From Patescibacteria group bacterium UBA6532 (lineage in GTDB: Bacteria > Patescibacteriota > Minisyncoccia > Minisyncoccales > UBA6532), in contig DJKW01000001.1 in NCBI GenBank assembly GCA_002434805.1, forward strand, positions 87,985 through 148,151: a DNA stretch of 60,167 nucleotides. Reading direction: 5' to 3'. Under the pieces are notes generated by a model. It was not told the origin of the DNA. It saw nothing but the letters and a program-made list of their open reading frames with translations, and did no database searches. The position numbers and the translations under genes were made by a program. Every line of letters begins with the position of its first letter. Within the stretch, counting starts at the first letter, position 1. This document shows, one piece after another, positions 1 through 8,525 of the stretch.

Positions 1-76
1 GCGGACTCGATGGGATTTGAACCCACGATCTCCTCCGTGACAGGGAGGCGTGTTAACCGGGCTACACCACGAGTCC
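1..76 (-). tRNA. tRNA-Asp(GUC); CCA end would run off the window edge
   Basis: Reverse complement GGACTCG-TG-GTGTAGCCCGGTTAACAC-G-CCTCC-CTGTCAC-GGAGG-AGATC-GTGGG-TTCAAAT-CCCAT-CGAGTCC-G folds as a cloverleaf with anticodon GTC. Confidence 0.95.
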
Positions 77-84
77 AAGCGCTA

Positions 85-157
85 TGCCGACGGCGGGATT
101 CGAACCTGCGACCTTGGCCTTATGAAGGCCCTGCTCTAACCACTGAGCTACGCCGGC
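85..157 (-). tRNA. tRNA with CAU anticodon (elongator Met more likely than Ile2)
   Basis: GCCGGCG acceptor with paired 1:72, D arm GCTC-AGTGGTTA-GAGC, anticodon loop TTCATAA, T loop TTCGAAT; no encoded CCA. Confidence 0.9.
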
Positions 158-164
158 AGAAGTG

Positions 165-235
165 TTGCGCCGCCTCGAATTGCACGAGGGTCTCCAGCTT
201 ATGAGACTGGCGAGGTACTACTCCTCCACGGCGCT
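165..235 (-). tRNA. probable initiator tRNA-fMet(CAU), non-canonical
   Basis: 71-nt cloverleaf AGCGCCG..CGGCGCA-A with A1:A72 mismatch, A11-U24, loop CTCATAA; atypical D loop AGTAGTA and T loop TGCAATT. Confidence 0.82.
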
Positions 236-297
236 GTAAATATATAATTACTTTAAACTATTTTACCAACAAAATCAAGCTTTAAAAAGAGATGTTT

Positions 298-867
298 TTA
301 AAGGGCTTCCAAGCTTTTCAAAGCCACCTTGTAAATTTCTAAGATTTTTTTGGCTTCGTCTAAAGAAAGCTTGTAGTCGGGATCGTGAACAATATTATTT
401 CGAGTCTTGTGGGCCTCTAAAAGCTCATCGATGTTAGAAATAGTGGCTGAAGTAATCTTTTCCAGCTTTTCTCCCAGAGTTTGCCCGGCATAACCAATTT
501 TCTTTAAAAGATCGTTTAAAATATTATCTGCCTCAATTACGGCCAGCTTATACTCTGATTCGGAAGCCCCCTCCATTTTCTTTTCAATCTTGGACCAAAC
601 TTTAACTAGTCTCTTAACTCCATAGGGTTTGTAAGTAAAGAATTCCACAAAATCCTCATATATTGTAAGTCTTAACCATCTGGTTTTAAGCAAAGTAAAG
701 GTAACGAAGAAAAGGGAGCCCAAGAAAATCCCTATAAATACAATTCTCAATGGAAAAAGTAATTCCTGGGTCTCGCCGGAAAGAAGGTGAAACATCAGCA
801 AATTCATTAAACCCCCGGAAGAATCAATATATGAATTAATATTTAAAATAAATTCTTCAATAGTCAT
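298..867 (-). CDS. membrane-anchored hypothetical protein with a C-terminal HEPN-like (RxxxxH) domain
   Basis: Hydrophobic helix at about aa 38-60; LAVIEAD..TLGEKL..RNNIVHD; 2-nt gap after the gatA stop. Confidence 0.65.
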   Translation of the reverse strand: MTIEEFILNINSYIDSSGGLMNLLMFHLLSGETQELLFPLRIVFIGIFLGSLFFVTFTLLKTRWLRLTIYEDFVEFFTYKPYGVKRLVKVWSKIEKKMEGASESEYKLAVIEADNILNDLLKKIGYAGQTLGEKLEKITSATISNIDELLEAHKTRNNIVHDPDYKLSLDEAKKILEIYKVALKSLEAL

Positions 868-869
868 TT

Positions 870-2273
870 TTATTCAAGGATTTCTCCCGCTTTAAAAATA
901 TTATTCTCATTAAATGGTTTGCTAATAAGCTGGACGCCAACCGGTAAGTTATTCACCTTACCGGCCGGAAGAGAAAGGGCGGGCAAGCCGGCTAAATTAA
1001 CTGAAACGGTAAAAATGTCTGAAAGATACATAGTTAAGGGATCTGTAGATTTTTCTCCAAGCTTGAAAGCAATGGTCGGTGAAACTGGAGTTAAAATAAC
1101 ATCTACTTTTTGGAAGGCCTTATTAAAATCCTCTTGAATTAAAGTTCTCACTTTCTGAGCTCTTAGATAATAAGATTCGTAATAACCGGAAGACAAAGTA
1201 TAAGTCCCCAGCATAATTCGACGCCTTACCTCATCTCCCAATCCCTCTTCTCTTGATTTTAAATAAACATTTAAGAGATCGCCTGGTTTTTTACTTAAAT
1301 ATCCATACCTTATCCCGTCATATCTTGCCATGTTGGCTGAAACTTCAGAAGGCATAATAATATAGTAAGTTGCCAGTCCGTATTCTGTATGAGGCAGGCT
1401 GATTTCTTGGATTTTAGCTCCCGCCTTCCTAATCTTTTCAATTTTCGCCTCTACAACCTTTTTCACCTCTTTATTCATCCCCTTGAGAAAATATTCTTTG
1501 GGAATACCAATTTTTAATTTTTTTATATTTGGCTTCTTGGATTTAAATTCCAAGCTGGTAGAATCCATCGGGTCCTTCCCGGAAATAGCCTCAAAAACAA
1601 TTTTGGTATCTTCTATTGTTTTGGTTATGGGCCCGATTTGATCTAGAGAGGAAGCCATGGCAATTAACCCGTATCTGGAAACCGCTCCATAAGTTGGCTT
1701 AAAACCGACGACTCCGCAAAAGGAAGCTGGCAGCCTAATAGATCCTCCAGTATCAGCTCCTAAAGCAAAGACAGAGATATTAGCTGATACTGCCGCTGCA
1801 GATCCCGAAGAAGATCCTCCGGGCACCCGTTTTAAATCAAGCGGATTTTTCGTGGGACCAAAAGCTGAATTCTCGCCAGAAGACCCCATGGCAAACTCAT
1901 CTAAATTAGTTTTTCCCAAAATTACGGCTCCTTCTTCTTTAATCTTCTTTACTACCGTAGCGTCATAAGGGGCAATGTAATTTTCAAGGGTTTTAGATCC
2001 GGCCGTACACCTGACATCTTTAACTAAAATATTATCTTTTATAGCCATAGGGACTCCAGCCAGCTTCCCTATTTTTTTCCCTTGAGAAATCAGATCATCA
2101 ACTTTTTTTGCCTGAGAAAGGGCAAGATCTCCGGTAACCGTGATAAAGGAAGAAATCTTTTTGTCTGATTTTTCAATTCGATCTAAAAAAGTCTTGGTTA
2201 ACTCCAATGCCGAGAATTTCTTTTTAACTAATCCGAGATGAACTTGGCTTATGGTAAGTTCCTCTAATTCCAT
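870..2273 (-). CDS. gatA: Asp/Glu-tRNA amidotransferase subunit A
   Basis: Amidase signature GKTNLDEFAMGSS, PGGSSSGS, DTGGSIRLPA; RRRIMLGTY. Confidence 0.97.
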   Translation of the reverse strand: MELEELTISQVHLGLVKKKFSALELTKTFLDRIEKSDKKISSFITVTGDLALSQAKKVDDLISQGKKIGKLAGVPMAIKDNILVKDVRCTAGSKTLENYIAPYDATVVKKIKEEGAVILGKTNLDEFAMGSSGENSAFGPTKNPLDLKRVPGGSSSGSAAAVSANISVFALGADTGGSIRLPASFCGVVGFKPTYGAVSRYGLIAMASSLDQIGPITKTIEDTKIVFEAISGKDPMDSTSLEFKSKKPNIKKLKIGIPKEYFLKGMNKEVKKVVEAKIEKIRKAGAKIQEISLPHTEYGLATYYIIMPSEVSANMARYDGIRYGYLSKKPGDLLNVYLKSREEGLGDEVRRRIMLGTYTLSSGYYESYYLRAQKVRTLIQEDFNKAFQKVDVILTPVSPTIAFKLGEKSTDPLTMYLSDIFTVSVNLAGLPALSLPAGKVNNLPVGVQLISKPFNENNIFKAGEILE

Positions 2274-2274
2274 A

Positions 2275-2562
2275 CTAAAGCACTGCTTTAACTTTTATAT
2301 ATCTCTCACGCCTTTCCGGCGCCATCTCAATTATTCTTTTCACTGTCTTTAAATCTTCTTTTTTAGCCAGATCCTTTCTTGTCACATTCTTTACTAGAAT
2401 TGAATGGCTGGTTGCTTTGGTTTTTGAAATATCAACTTCTTTTAATTTAACTACATAATCTAAAACAGAAGAAAGCTCTTTTTGGAACTTTTTAATTTCA
2501 GATTGGCTTAATCCAAGTCTGGCAAGTTTTGCGATGTGTTCCACTTCTTTTTTTGAAATCAT
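2275..2562 (-). CDS. gatC: amidotransferase subunit C
   Basis: ISKKEVEHIAKLARL N-terminus, 95 aa, directly upstream of gatA. Confidence 0.95.
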   Translation of the reverse strand: MISKKEVEHIAKLARLGLSQSEIKKFQKELSSVLDYVVKLKEVDISKTKATSHSILVKNVTRKDLAKKEDLKTVKRIIEMAPERRERYIKVKAVL

Positions 2563-2566
2563 ATGA

Positions 2567-3616
2567 TTATCTAGGAGGTTCCAACTCCTCTGTATCAGCT
2601 AAAACGTCTCTTAATTCATCTAAATTCTCTAAAACCATTCCAGCTCCCCGAGCTACAGCTGTTAAAGGGTCTTCAATGATTTTAGTTGGAATCTTCGTTT
2701 CTTTGGTAACTAAGTCGCTAAACCCCTTAAGAAGACTTCCTCCTCCAACAAGGTATATTCCTTTTACCATGATATCAGCCAGTAATTCAGGAGGAGTTTC
2801 TTCAATGGTAGTTTTTATCGTTTGGACCATTTGTCTGACTGATTTTTCTAAAGCTCTTCTGATATCCTGGTCAGAAACCATAATCTCCTCTGGAAGACCA
2901 GTAACCAGGTTTCTTCCCCGAAGAGGCATTTCTCTTTTTTCCTTTAAGGGGGAGGCGGAACCAATGCCGATTTTAATTTCTTCGGCCATTCTTTCTCCGA
3001 TTAAAAGCTTGTATTCTTCTCGAGCAAAATTAACAATATCCTCGTTAAGCTTATCGCCGGCAATCCTTAAAGATTTAGCTAAAACCAATCCGCCCAAAGA
3101 GATTACTGCTACCTGGGTCGTTCCTCCGCCAATATCGATAATAAAGTTTCCGCCGGCTTCTTGAACTGGCAAACGGGCGCCAATGGCAGCGGCCATGGGC
3201 TGCTCAATCAGATAAACTTCTCTGGCTCCGGCACTCTTGGTTGCGTCCTCAACGGCCTTTTTCTCTACTTCGGTTACTCCGTAAGGTATTCCAATAATGA
3301 CACGGGGCCTTGGAGAAATAAGGAATCTCTGACGGTGAACCTTTTCAATAAAATACCTGAGCATGTGCTCGGTTACCTCAAAATCAGAAATTACCCCCTT
3401 GATCAGAGGCCTGGTGGCGATAATATGGGCCGGAGTCCGACCGACCATTTTTTTTGCTTCGTTTCCAATTGCCAATATTTGGCCGGTTTTTTTATTCACG
3501 GCCACTACCGAGGGTTCAAAAATAACAATTCCCTGTCCCCTAACATAAACCAGGGTAGTAGCTGTACCCAAATCAATAGCAATATCTTTGGAAAAATAAG
3601 AGAAAGGATTAAACAT
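2567..3616 (-). CDS. mreB: rod shape-determining actin-like protein MreB (paralog 1)
   Basis: IAIDLGTA, EPSVVA, DIGGGTT, TPPEL; aromatic N-terminal tail MFNPFSYFS. Confidence 0.95.
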   Translation of the reverse strand: MFNPFSYFSKDIAIDLGTATTLVYVRGQGIVIFEPSVVAVNKKTGQILAIGNEAKKMVGRTPAHIIATRPLIKGVISDFEVTEHMLRYFIEKVHRQRFLISPRPRVIIGIPYGVTEVEKKAVEDATKSAGAREVYLIEQPMAAAIGARLPVQEAGGNFIIDIGGGTTQVAVISLGGLVLAKSLRIAGDKLNEDIVNFAREEYKLLIGERMAEEIKIGIGSASPLKEKREMPLRGRNLVTGLPEEIMVSDQDIRRALEKSVRQMVQTIKTTIEETPPELLADIMVKGIYLVGGGSLLKGFSDLVTKETKIPTKIIEDPLTAVARGAGMVLENLDELRDVLADTEELEPPR

Positions 3617-3618
3617 GA

Positions 3619-4872
3619 TTATTTAGATTTTAAAAATAAAAGCAGTTCTTTCTTTTTAATAAACCTGGCTTCCTTCTCGCTTCTTTTTTTTAGCTCAATA
3701 CTGTCTTTAGCCAGAGTTTTTTCGCTAACAACCAAGCGTATTGGTATTCCTATTAAGTCAGCTTCAACCAGCTTTTCCCCTGTAGATTTGCCAATCCTAT
3801 CATCATATAATACTTCCAATCCTTCTTTTTGTAAATTCTCGTATAAGCTCTCAGCCTCTTTTTTCACTTTAGAGTTTTGGCTTTTAGCTAAGATTAAATG
3901 AATCTGGTACGGAGCGATTCTTTCTGGCCAGATAATACCCTTTTTGTCGTTATTAACCTCAGCTGCAGCTCCCATAAGGCGGCTTGGGCCCAAACCGTAA
4001 GATCCCATAATAATTAACTTCTTTTTACCGTCTTTGTCAATAAAGTAAGCCCCCATGGCTTTGGAATACTTGGTTCCAAGCGGAAAAATATTAGCAACTT
4101 CAATTGACTTTCCCTCTTTTAAAATACTTTTGCACTTTTTGCACTTTTGGCCGGCCTTCAGTTTAGTAATTTCCTTATTTTGGGAAAAATCTTTTTTGGG
4201 GCAGAAGATTATCGTATCCTCACCATTATCTGCTAAAACCTGAAATTCATGAGTGTATTCTTTAGTAAATCCCGCTCCCGAGGCTTCGGTAATAATGGCG
4301 TTTAAACCGAACTTCTTTATTATTTTCAGGTAAGATTTTTTAACAGTCTCATAATATTTCTTAAAGTCTTTTTCGCTGGCATGAAAGCTGTATAAATCCT
4401 TCATTCCAAACTCTCTTCCCCGCAATAAACCAGACTTTGCTCGAAGCTCTTTTCTAAACTTAGTCTGAATTTGATACAGATAAAGAGGCAAGTCCTCTGA
4501 AGATTGAATAAATTTCCTGGCAATATCGGTAATCATTTCCTCGTGAGTGGAACCAAGACCGACTTCTTTCCCTACTCCCTGGCATTTATACATTATTTCC
4601 CCCACCCCTTTTGACCATCTTCCTGTTTTGATCCACAAGTCTTTGGGCTGGAGAACTGACATAAATATTTCCTGCCCGCCGATTTTATTCATTTCTTCTC
4701 TTATAGTCTCTTCAATTTTTCTCAAAACTATCAAGCCCAAAGGAAGATAACTCCAGACTCCGGACATTTCTTTGTGAATAAAACCAGCCCTAATCAAAAG
4801 CTTGGCATTAAGGCTTTCTTCGTCTTTCGGAGCCTCTCTAAAAGTTTTATAAAAAAGTTGAGATTGGCGCAT
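3619..4872 (-). CDS. proS: prolyl-tRNA synthetase, short form without INS editing domain
   Basis: MRQSQLF start chosen; LLIRAGFI, QIQTKFRKELR..GLLRGREF.MKDLYSF, anticodon-binding domain. Confidence 0.95.
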   Translation of the reverse strand: MRQSQLFYKTFREAPKDEESLNAKLLIRAGFIHKEMSGVWSYLPLGLIVLRKIEETIREEMNKIGGQEIFMSVLQPKDLWIKTGRWSKGVGEIMYKCQGVGKEVGLGSTHEEMITDIARKFIQSSEDLPLYLYQIQTKFRKELRAKSGLLRGREFGMKDLYSFHASEKDFKKYYETVKKSYLKIIKKFGLNAIITEASGAGFTKEYTHEFQVLADNGEDTIIFCPKKDFSQNKEITKLKAGQKCKKCKSILKEGKSIEVANIFPLGTKYSKAMGAYFIDKDGKKKLIIMGSYGLGPSRLMGAAAEVNNDKKGIIWPERIAPYQIHLILAKSQNSKVKKEAESLYENLQKEGLEVLYDDRIGKSTGEKLVEADLIGIPIRLVVSEKTLAKDSIELKKRSEKEARFIKKKELLLFLKSK

Positions 4873-4873
4873 A

Positions 4874-5902
4874 TTAGAAGATATGAATGACATCTTGAAT
4901 TGTCACCCAAATCATTAAGGCGATTAATATAAAGAAAAATAAGGCATTAACATTTTGTTCAATTTTTCTATCAAAAGGCTTTCCTCTTAAAGCTTCAATG
5001 CCTAAAAAGAGAAGCCTTCCTCCGTCTACTACGGGAATTGGCAAAATATTAAACAGGGCAATATAAATGGATATCAAAGCCAAGAAGAGTAAGAAATAAC
5101 TGCTTCCCAATTCTGCTACCTGGGTAAACATATCAAAAATCCCTATTGGACCCATTAATCTCGCTCCAGACGGCTTTCCCTGAGTAATATTAGAAAGAGC
5201 CAGATACCATCCTTCCATTGCACTAAAGGTAAACTCGGCTGTTCTTAAAAATCCTCTGTAGGGAGCTTGATATAAGGGATAATTCCTCTGGCTTGCTGCA
5301 TATCCCAAGGCAATTCCTAAAGCTCCTTCCTGGGGAGGCGGAGAAAGACGGGGTCTAGCTAAAATACTTACTCTCTCTTCTCCCCTCTGGACAACCAGGG
5401 TAATTTCTTCTCCTCTGTTTTCGTTTATTCTTAATTGAACGTCCTTAATTGTAAATAAAGGATATCCAACGCCGTCAATAATAATTTCCTCCATCACATC
5501 TCCAGTTATAAGGCCCGATAGATCAGCCGGGGAGCCGTCTTGGACGGCTATAATGCCAACGCCGGTAGGAATAAAAGAAAGTATTAAAAAAGAGATTATC
5601 CAGAAAGTAAGAACCCCTCCAATGAGAATTAAGGCCCTTTGCCAAATTGGCTTGCTGGTAAAGCTTCTAGGGTCTTTAGCGTCTTCTTCTTCGCCATGAA
5701 TACGAACGAAAGCGCCAAAGGGCAAAAGATTTAAAGAATACAAAGTTTCGCCAATCTTTTTTCCGATAATCCTTGGAGGGTAACCAATACCAAACTCTTC
5801 TACCTTAACGCCAAAACGCTTAGCTAAAATAAAATGGCCGAATTCATGAAGAACAAGGAGGCCGATTAAACTAATAAAAGCAATGATGATTACTAAAACC
5901 AT
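4874..5902 (-). CDS. rseP: RIP metalloprotease RseP (M50 + PDZ)
   Basis: HEFGH, FGIG, NILPIPVVDGG and a PDZ segment; next to frr and proS. Confidence 0.92.
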   Translation of the reverse strand: MVLVIIIAFISLIGLLVLHEFGHFILAKRFGVKVEEFGIGYPPRIIGKKIGETLYSLNLLPFGAFVRIHGEEEDAKDPRSFTSKPIWQRALILIGGVLTFWIISFLILSFIPTGVGIIAVQDGSPADLSGLITGDVMEEIIIDGVGYPLFTIKDVQLRINENRGEEITLVVQRGEERVSILARPRLSPPPQEGALGIALGYAASQRNYPLYQAPYRGFLRTAEFTFSAMEGWYLALSNITQGKPSGARLMGPIGIFDMFTQVAELGSSYFLLFLALISIYIALFNILPIPVVDGGRLLFLGIEALRGKPFDRKIEQNVNALFFFILIALMIWVTIQDVIHIF

Positions 5903-5906
5903 ATAT

Positions 5907-6464
5907 CTACTCTAAAATATCTTTTTTCTTCCTTTCTCCGATCTCGTCAATCTTCTTATTGTATTCATCCATTAACTCTTGGAGCTTGTCTTTAGCTCGG
6001 AACTTATCATCTTCTCTTATTTCTCCATCTCTAGATTTCTCTTGAACCTCTTTCCAGACATCTTCCCTCCACCGCCTAATGGTCTTGCGGGTTTCTTCTT
6101 GTTTTTCAGACAAAACCCGGAGCAAGTTCTTGCGGAACTCTTCGGTTAAAGAAGGAAAGCTTACCCTGATTACTTCTTTGTCGACTATGGGAGATCCTCC
6201 GACAGCTGACTTTAAAATAGCTTTTTCAATCGGCTCAATATATGACTTATCCCAGGGCTGGACAAGAAGTTCTCTGGGGCCCAAAGCGCTTATTGCCACC
6301 AATTGTTTTAAAGGAAGCTTTTTACCAAAAAGATCAACTACAATATCTTCCAGCAAAGAAGGGGAAGCCCGGCCTGTTCGAAGCTTCGTTAATTCCCCCT
6401 CAAAAAAAGCAATAGCTTTGTCTAATTCTGGCTTAATTTTATCAACAATTTCTTTGTATTCCAT
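5907..6464 (-). CDS. frr: ribosome recycling factor
   Basis: LRTGRASPSLL, PSLTEEFRK, 185 aa. Confidence 0.97.
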   Translation of the reverse strand: MEYKEIVDKIKPELDKAIAFFEGELTKLRTGRASPSLLEDIVVDLFGKKLPLKQLVAISALGPRELLVQPWDKSYIEPIEKAILKSAVGGSPIVDKEVIRVSFPSLTEEFRKNLLRVLSEKQEETRKTIRRWREDVWKEVQEKSRDGEIREDDKFRAKDKLQELMDEYNKKIDEIGERKKKDILE

Positions 6465-6479
6465 ATAAATTCTGATTTA

Positions 6480-6508
6480 AATATAGCAAAATCTAACCCC
6501 TCTGTCGA
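6480..6508 (-). promoter_or_regulatory. sigma70 promoter of the frr-rseP-proS-mreB-gatCA operon
   Basis: TCGACA-17 nt-TATATT with extended TG. Confidence 0.6.
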
Positions 6509-6560
6509 GAAAAGAAAAAACCCGGCTAGATAAATTAAGCCAGGTTTGATTTTATTACAA

Positions 6561-7508
6561 TCACAACTCAAGCATTAGGATTTCCAGAGCTAGTTTTGGA
6601 TTAACATTAGTGGTGGAAACTAAGAAACTAGTAGATTGGATCAATTTTAAGATTTCTTTTAATTTAGATACTGAATAACTGGGTAACGATTTAACATTGC
6701 TATCGCCATGATATGTCGTCTCTTTTATTTTAAGTAATAAAACTCCCCTAAAATACCTCAACCAAATCTCTAGTATTTCTTTTAAATTTTGTGGCTGGCC
6801 GGCCATCTTTTTTGCATATTGAAACTTAAAATTCAAGTTAGCTTTAACTAATTTAGAAATTTCCTTAATGGTTTTCTCTTGAAATTCTTTTTTTGAAGGA
6901 TCTCTTAGAAAATCTATTGCCCGGCCCGGTTTTCCCCAAGAAAGATGCGATATTATTTCCAAATCTTTCTTTGAAGCTTTTTGGCTCTTGAGATATTTTT
7001 CAATTTCTGGTTTTGGAACCGGGAAAAACTTAATTTTTTCCACCCGAGAAATAATGGTGGGAAATAACATTTCCGGGTGCTCGGTAACTAAAATCAAAAT
7101 GGTTTTTCCTTTAGGCTCTTCTAAAATCTTTAAGACCGAATTCTGGGATTGCTTGTTTAACAGATGGGCTCTGTCAATAATAACTGCTTTATACTGAGCT
7201 ATTTGGGATTTTAAACTTAAAAAGGATCTGAGCTTTCTGATCTGGGAAATTTGAATATCTTTTTCTATGGGTTCAATGAAAAAGAAATCGGGATGAATCC
7301 CCTTTTTAAAACTTTGGCAATTTTGACAATCCAGACAGGGTCTAATGGAAAAATCCTTTTTTTCACAGTTAATTAGCTTAATTAATTCTAAGGCAAAAGT
7401 TCTCTTTCCGAGCTGAGAAGGTCCTAGAAATAAAAAAGCGTGGGGAATTTTCCCCAATTCAGCTGTCTTCTTTAAAAACTGCCACTGCTTTTTGTGACCA
7501 ATGATCAT
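6561..7508 (-). CDS. holB: DNA polymerase III delta' subunit
   Basis: PHAFLFLGP..LGK, zinc Cys cluster, HPDF, NSVLKILEEP, PTIISRV. Confidence 0.9.
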   Translation of the reverse strand: MIIGHKKQWQFLKKTAELGKIPHAFLFLGPSQLGKRTFALELIKLINCEKKDFSIRPCLDCQNCQSFKKGIHPDFFFIEPIEKDIQISQIRKLRSFLSLKSQIAQYKAVIIDRAHLLNKQSQNSVLKILEEPKGKTILILVTEHPEMLFPTIISRVEKIKFFPVPKPEIEKYLKSQKASKKDLEIISHLSWGKPGRAIDFLRDPSKKEFQEKTIKEISKLVKANLNFKFQYAKKMAGQPQNLKEILEIWLRYFRGVLLLKIKETTYHGDSNVKSLPSYSVSKLKEILKLIQSTSFLVSTTNVNPKLALEILMLEL

Positions 7509-8515
7509 TTTTTCGACATTATGCTCTTTTTATAGACTTCCAAGTTGTCTAGAACCACTCCGGTTCCCCTGGCTACACAAAGCAAAGGTTCTTCTGCAAC
7601 AAAACAAGGAACACCGGTAGATTGGGAAATTAACTCGTCAAGATTTCTCAATAAAGCTCCCCCGCCAGAAAGAACCATGCCCTTGTCCATTATATCAGCT
7701 GAAAGCTCCGGCGGAGTATCTCTTAAAACCTGTTTTATTGCCTGGATAATTTCAGTTAAAGATTCGGAAATTGAAGAACTGACTTCGTTAGAAGAAACCT
7801 TAATATTCCGCGGAAGACCAAGAATTAAATCTCGGCCCCTAATTTCAAATGAACGAGGCTCTTTCTCTGGTAAAGCAGTGCCAATCTTTATTTTAATTTC
7901 TTCGGCCGTCTGATCGCCAACCGCTAAATTGTATTTTTCTTTAATAAAATCAGAAATAGATATATTCATTTTATCTCCTCCCACTCTTAGAGAACTGGAG
8001 GTGACAATACCGCCAAGGGAAATAACTGCCACTTCAGTCGTTCCTCCGCCAATATCAACAATCAAGTTCCCGGAACATTCATTAATGGGAATACCGGCCC
8101 CAATGGCAGATAAAATGGATTCTTTAGCTACAAAGGCCTCCTTGGCTCCAGCTCCCATAGCCGCCTCAATAACTGCTCTTCTTTCAGTTGAGGTTATGCC
8201 ACCGGGAACAGCAATCATTAACTCTGGCTTTAAAAACCTTATAAGGGGACTGGAAACCTTGCTGATAAAATACCTTATCATTGCCTGGGTTACCCTAAAA
8301 TCAGCAATAACTCCGTCTTTAAGAGGCCTGTAGACTCTAATGGTGTCTGGAGTCCGGCCGATCATTTCTTTAGCCTCTTCTCCAACGGCTAAAATCCTGT
8401 TTTCATTTAAAGAAACAGCAACTACCGATGGTTCTTGCAAAACTACTCCCTTTCCAGGAACGAAAACCAAAGAATTGCAAGTACCGAGATCAATGCCGAT
8501 TTTTCTAATAATCAT
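7505..8515 (-). CDS. mreB: MreB/Mbl family protein (paralog 2)
   Basis: IGIDLGT, RPLKDGVIADF, DIGGGTTE, TPPELSAD; follows murA as mbl does in Firmicutes. Confidence 0.93.
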   Translation of the reverse strand: MIIRKIGIDLGTCNSLVFVPGKGVVLQEPSVVAVSLNENRILAVGEEAKEMIGRTPDTIRVYRPLKDGVIADFRVTQAMIRYFISKVSSPLIRFLKPELMIAVPGGITSTERRAVIEAAMGAGAKEAFVAKESILSAIGAGIPINECSGNLIVDIGGGTTEVAVISLGGIVTSSSLRVGGDKMNISISDFIKEKYNLAVGDQTAEEIKIKIGTALPEKEPRSFEIRGRDLILGLPRNIKVSSNEVSSSISESLTEIIQAIKQVLRDTPPELSADIMDKGMVLSGGGALLRNLDELISQSTGVPCFVAEEPLLCVARGTGVVLDNLEVYKKSIMSKK

Positions 8516-8525
8516 ATTGAAAATT

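Noticed and set aside
10..204. 64-aa + strand ORF
   Set aside because: Antisense shadow of three tRNA genes.
870..2562. gatCA without gatB as a defective pathway
   Set aside because: gatB is often unlinked; its absence from one window says nothing.
3619..4872. ProRS lacking the editing domain as a pseudogene
   Set aside because: Short INS-less bacterial ProRS is a known form and the catalytic motifs are intact.
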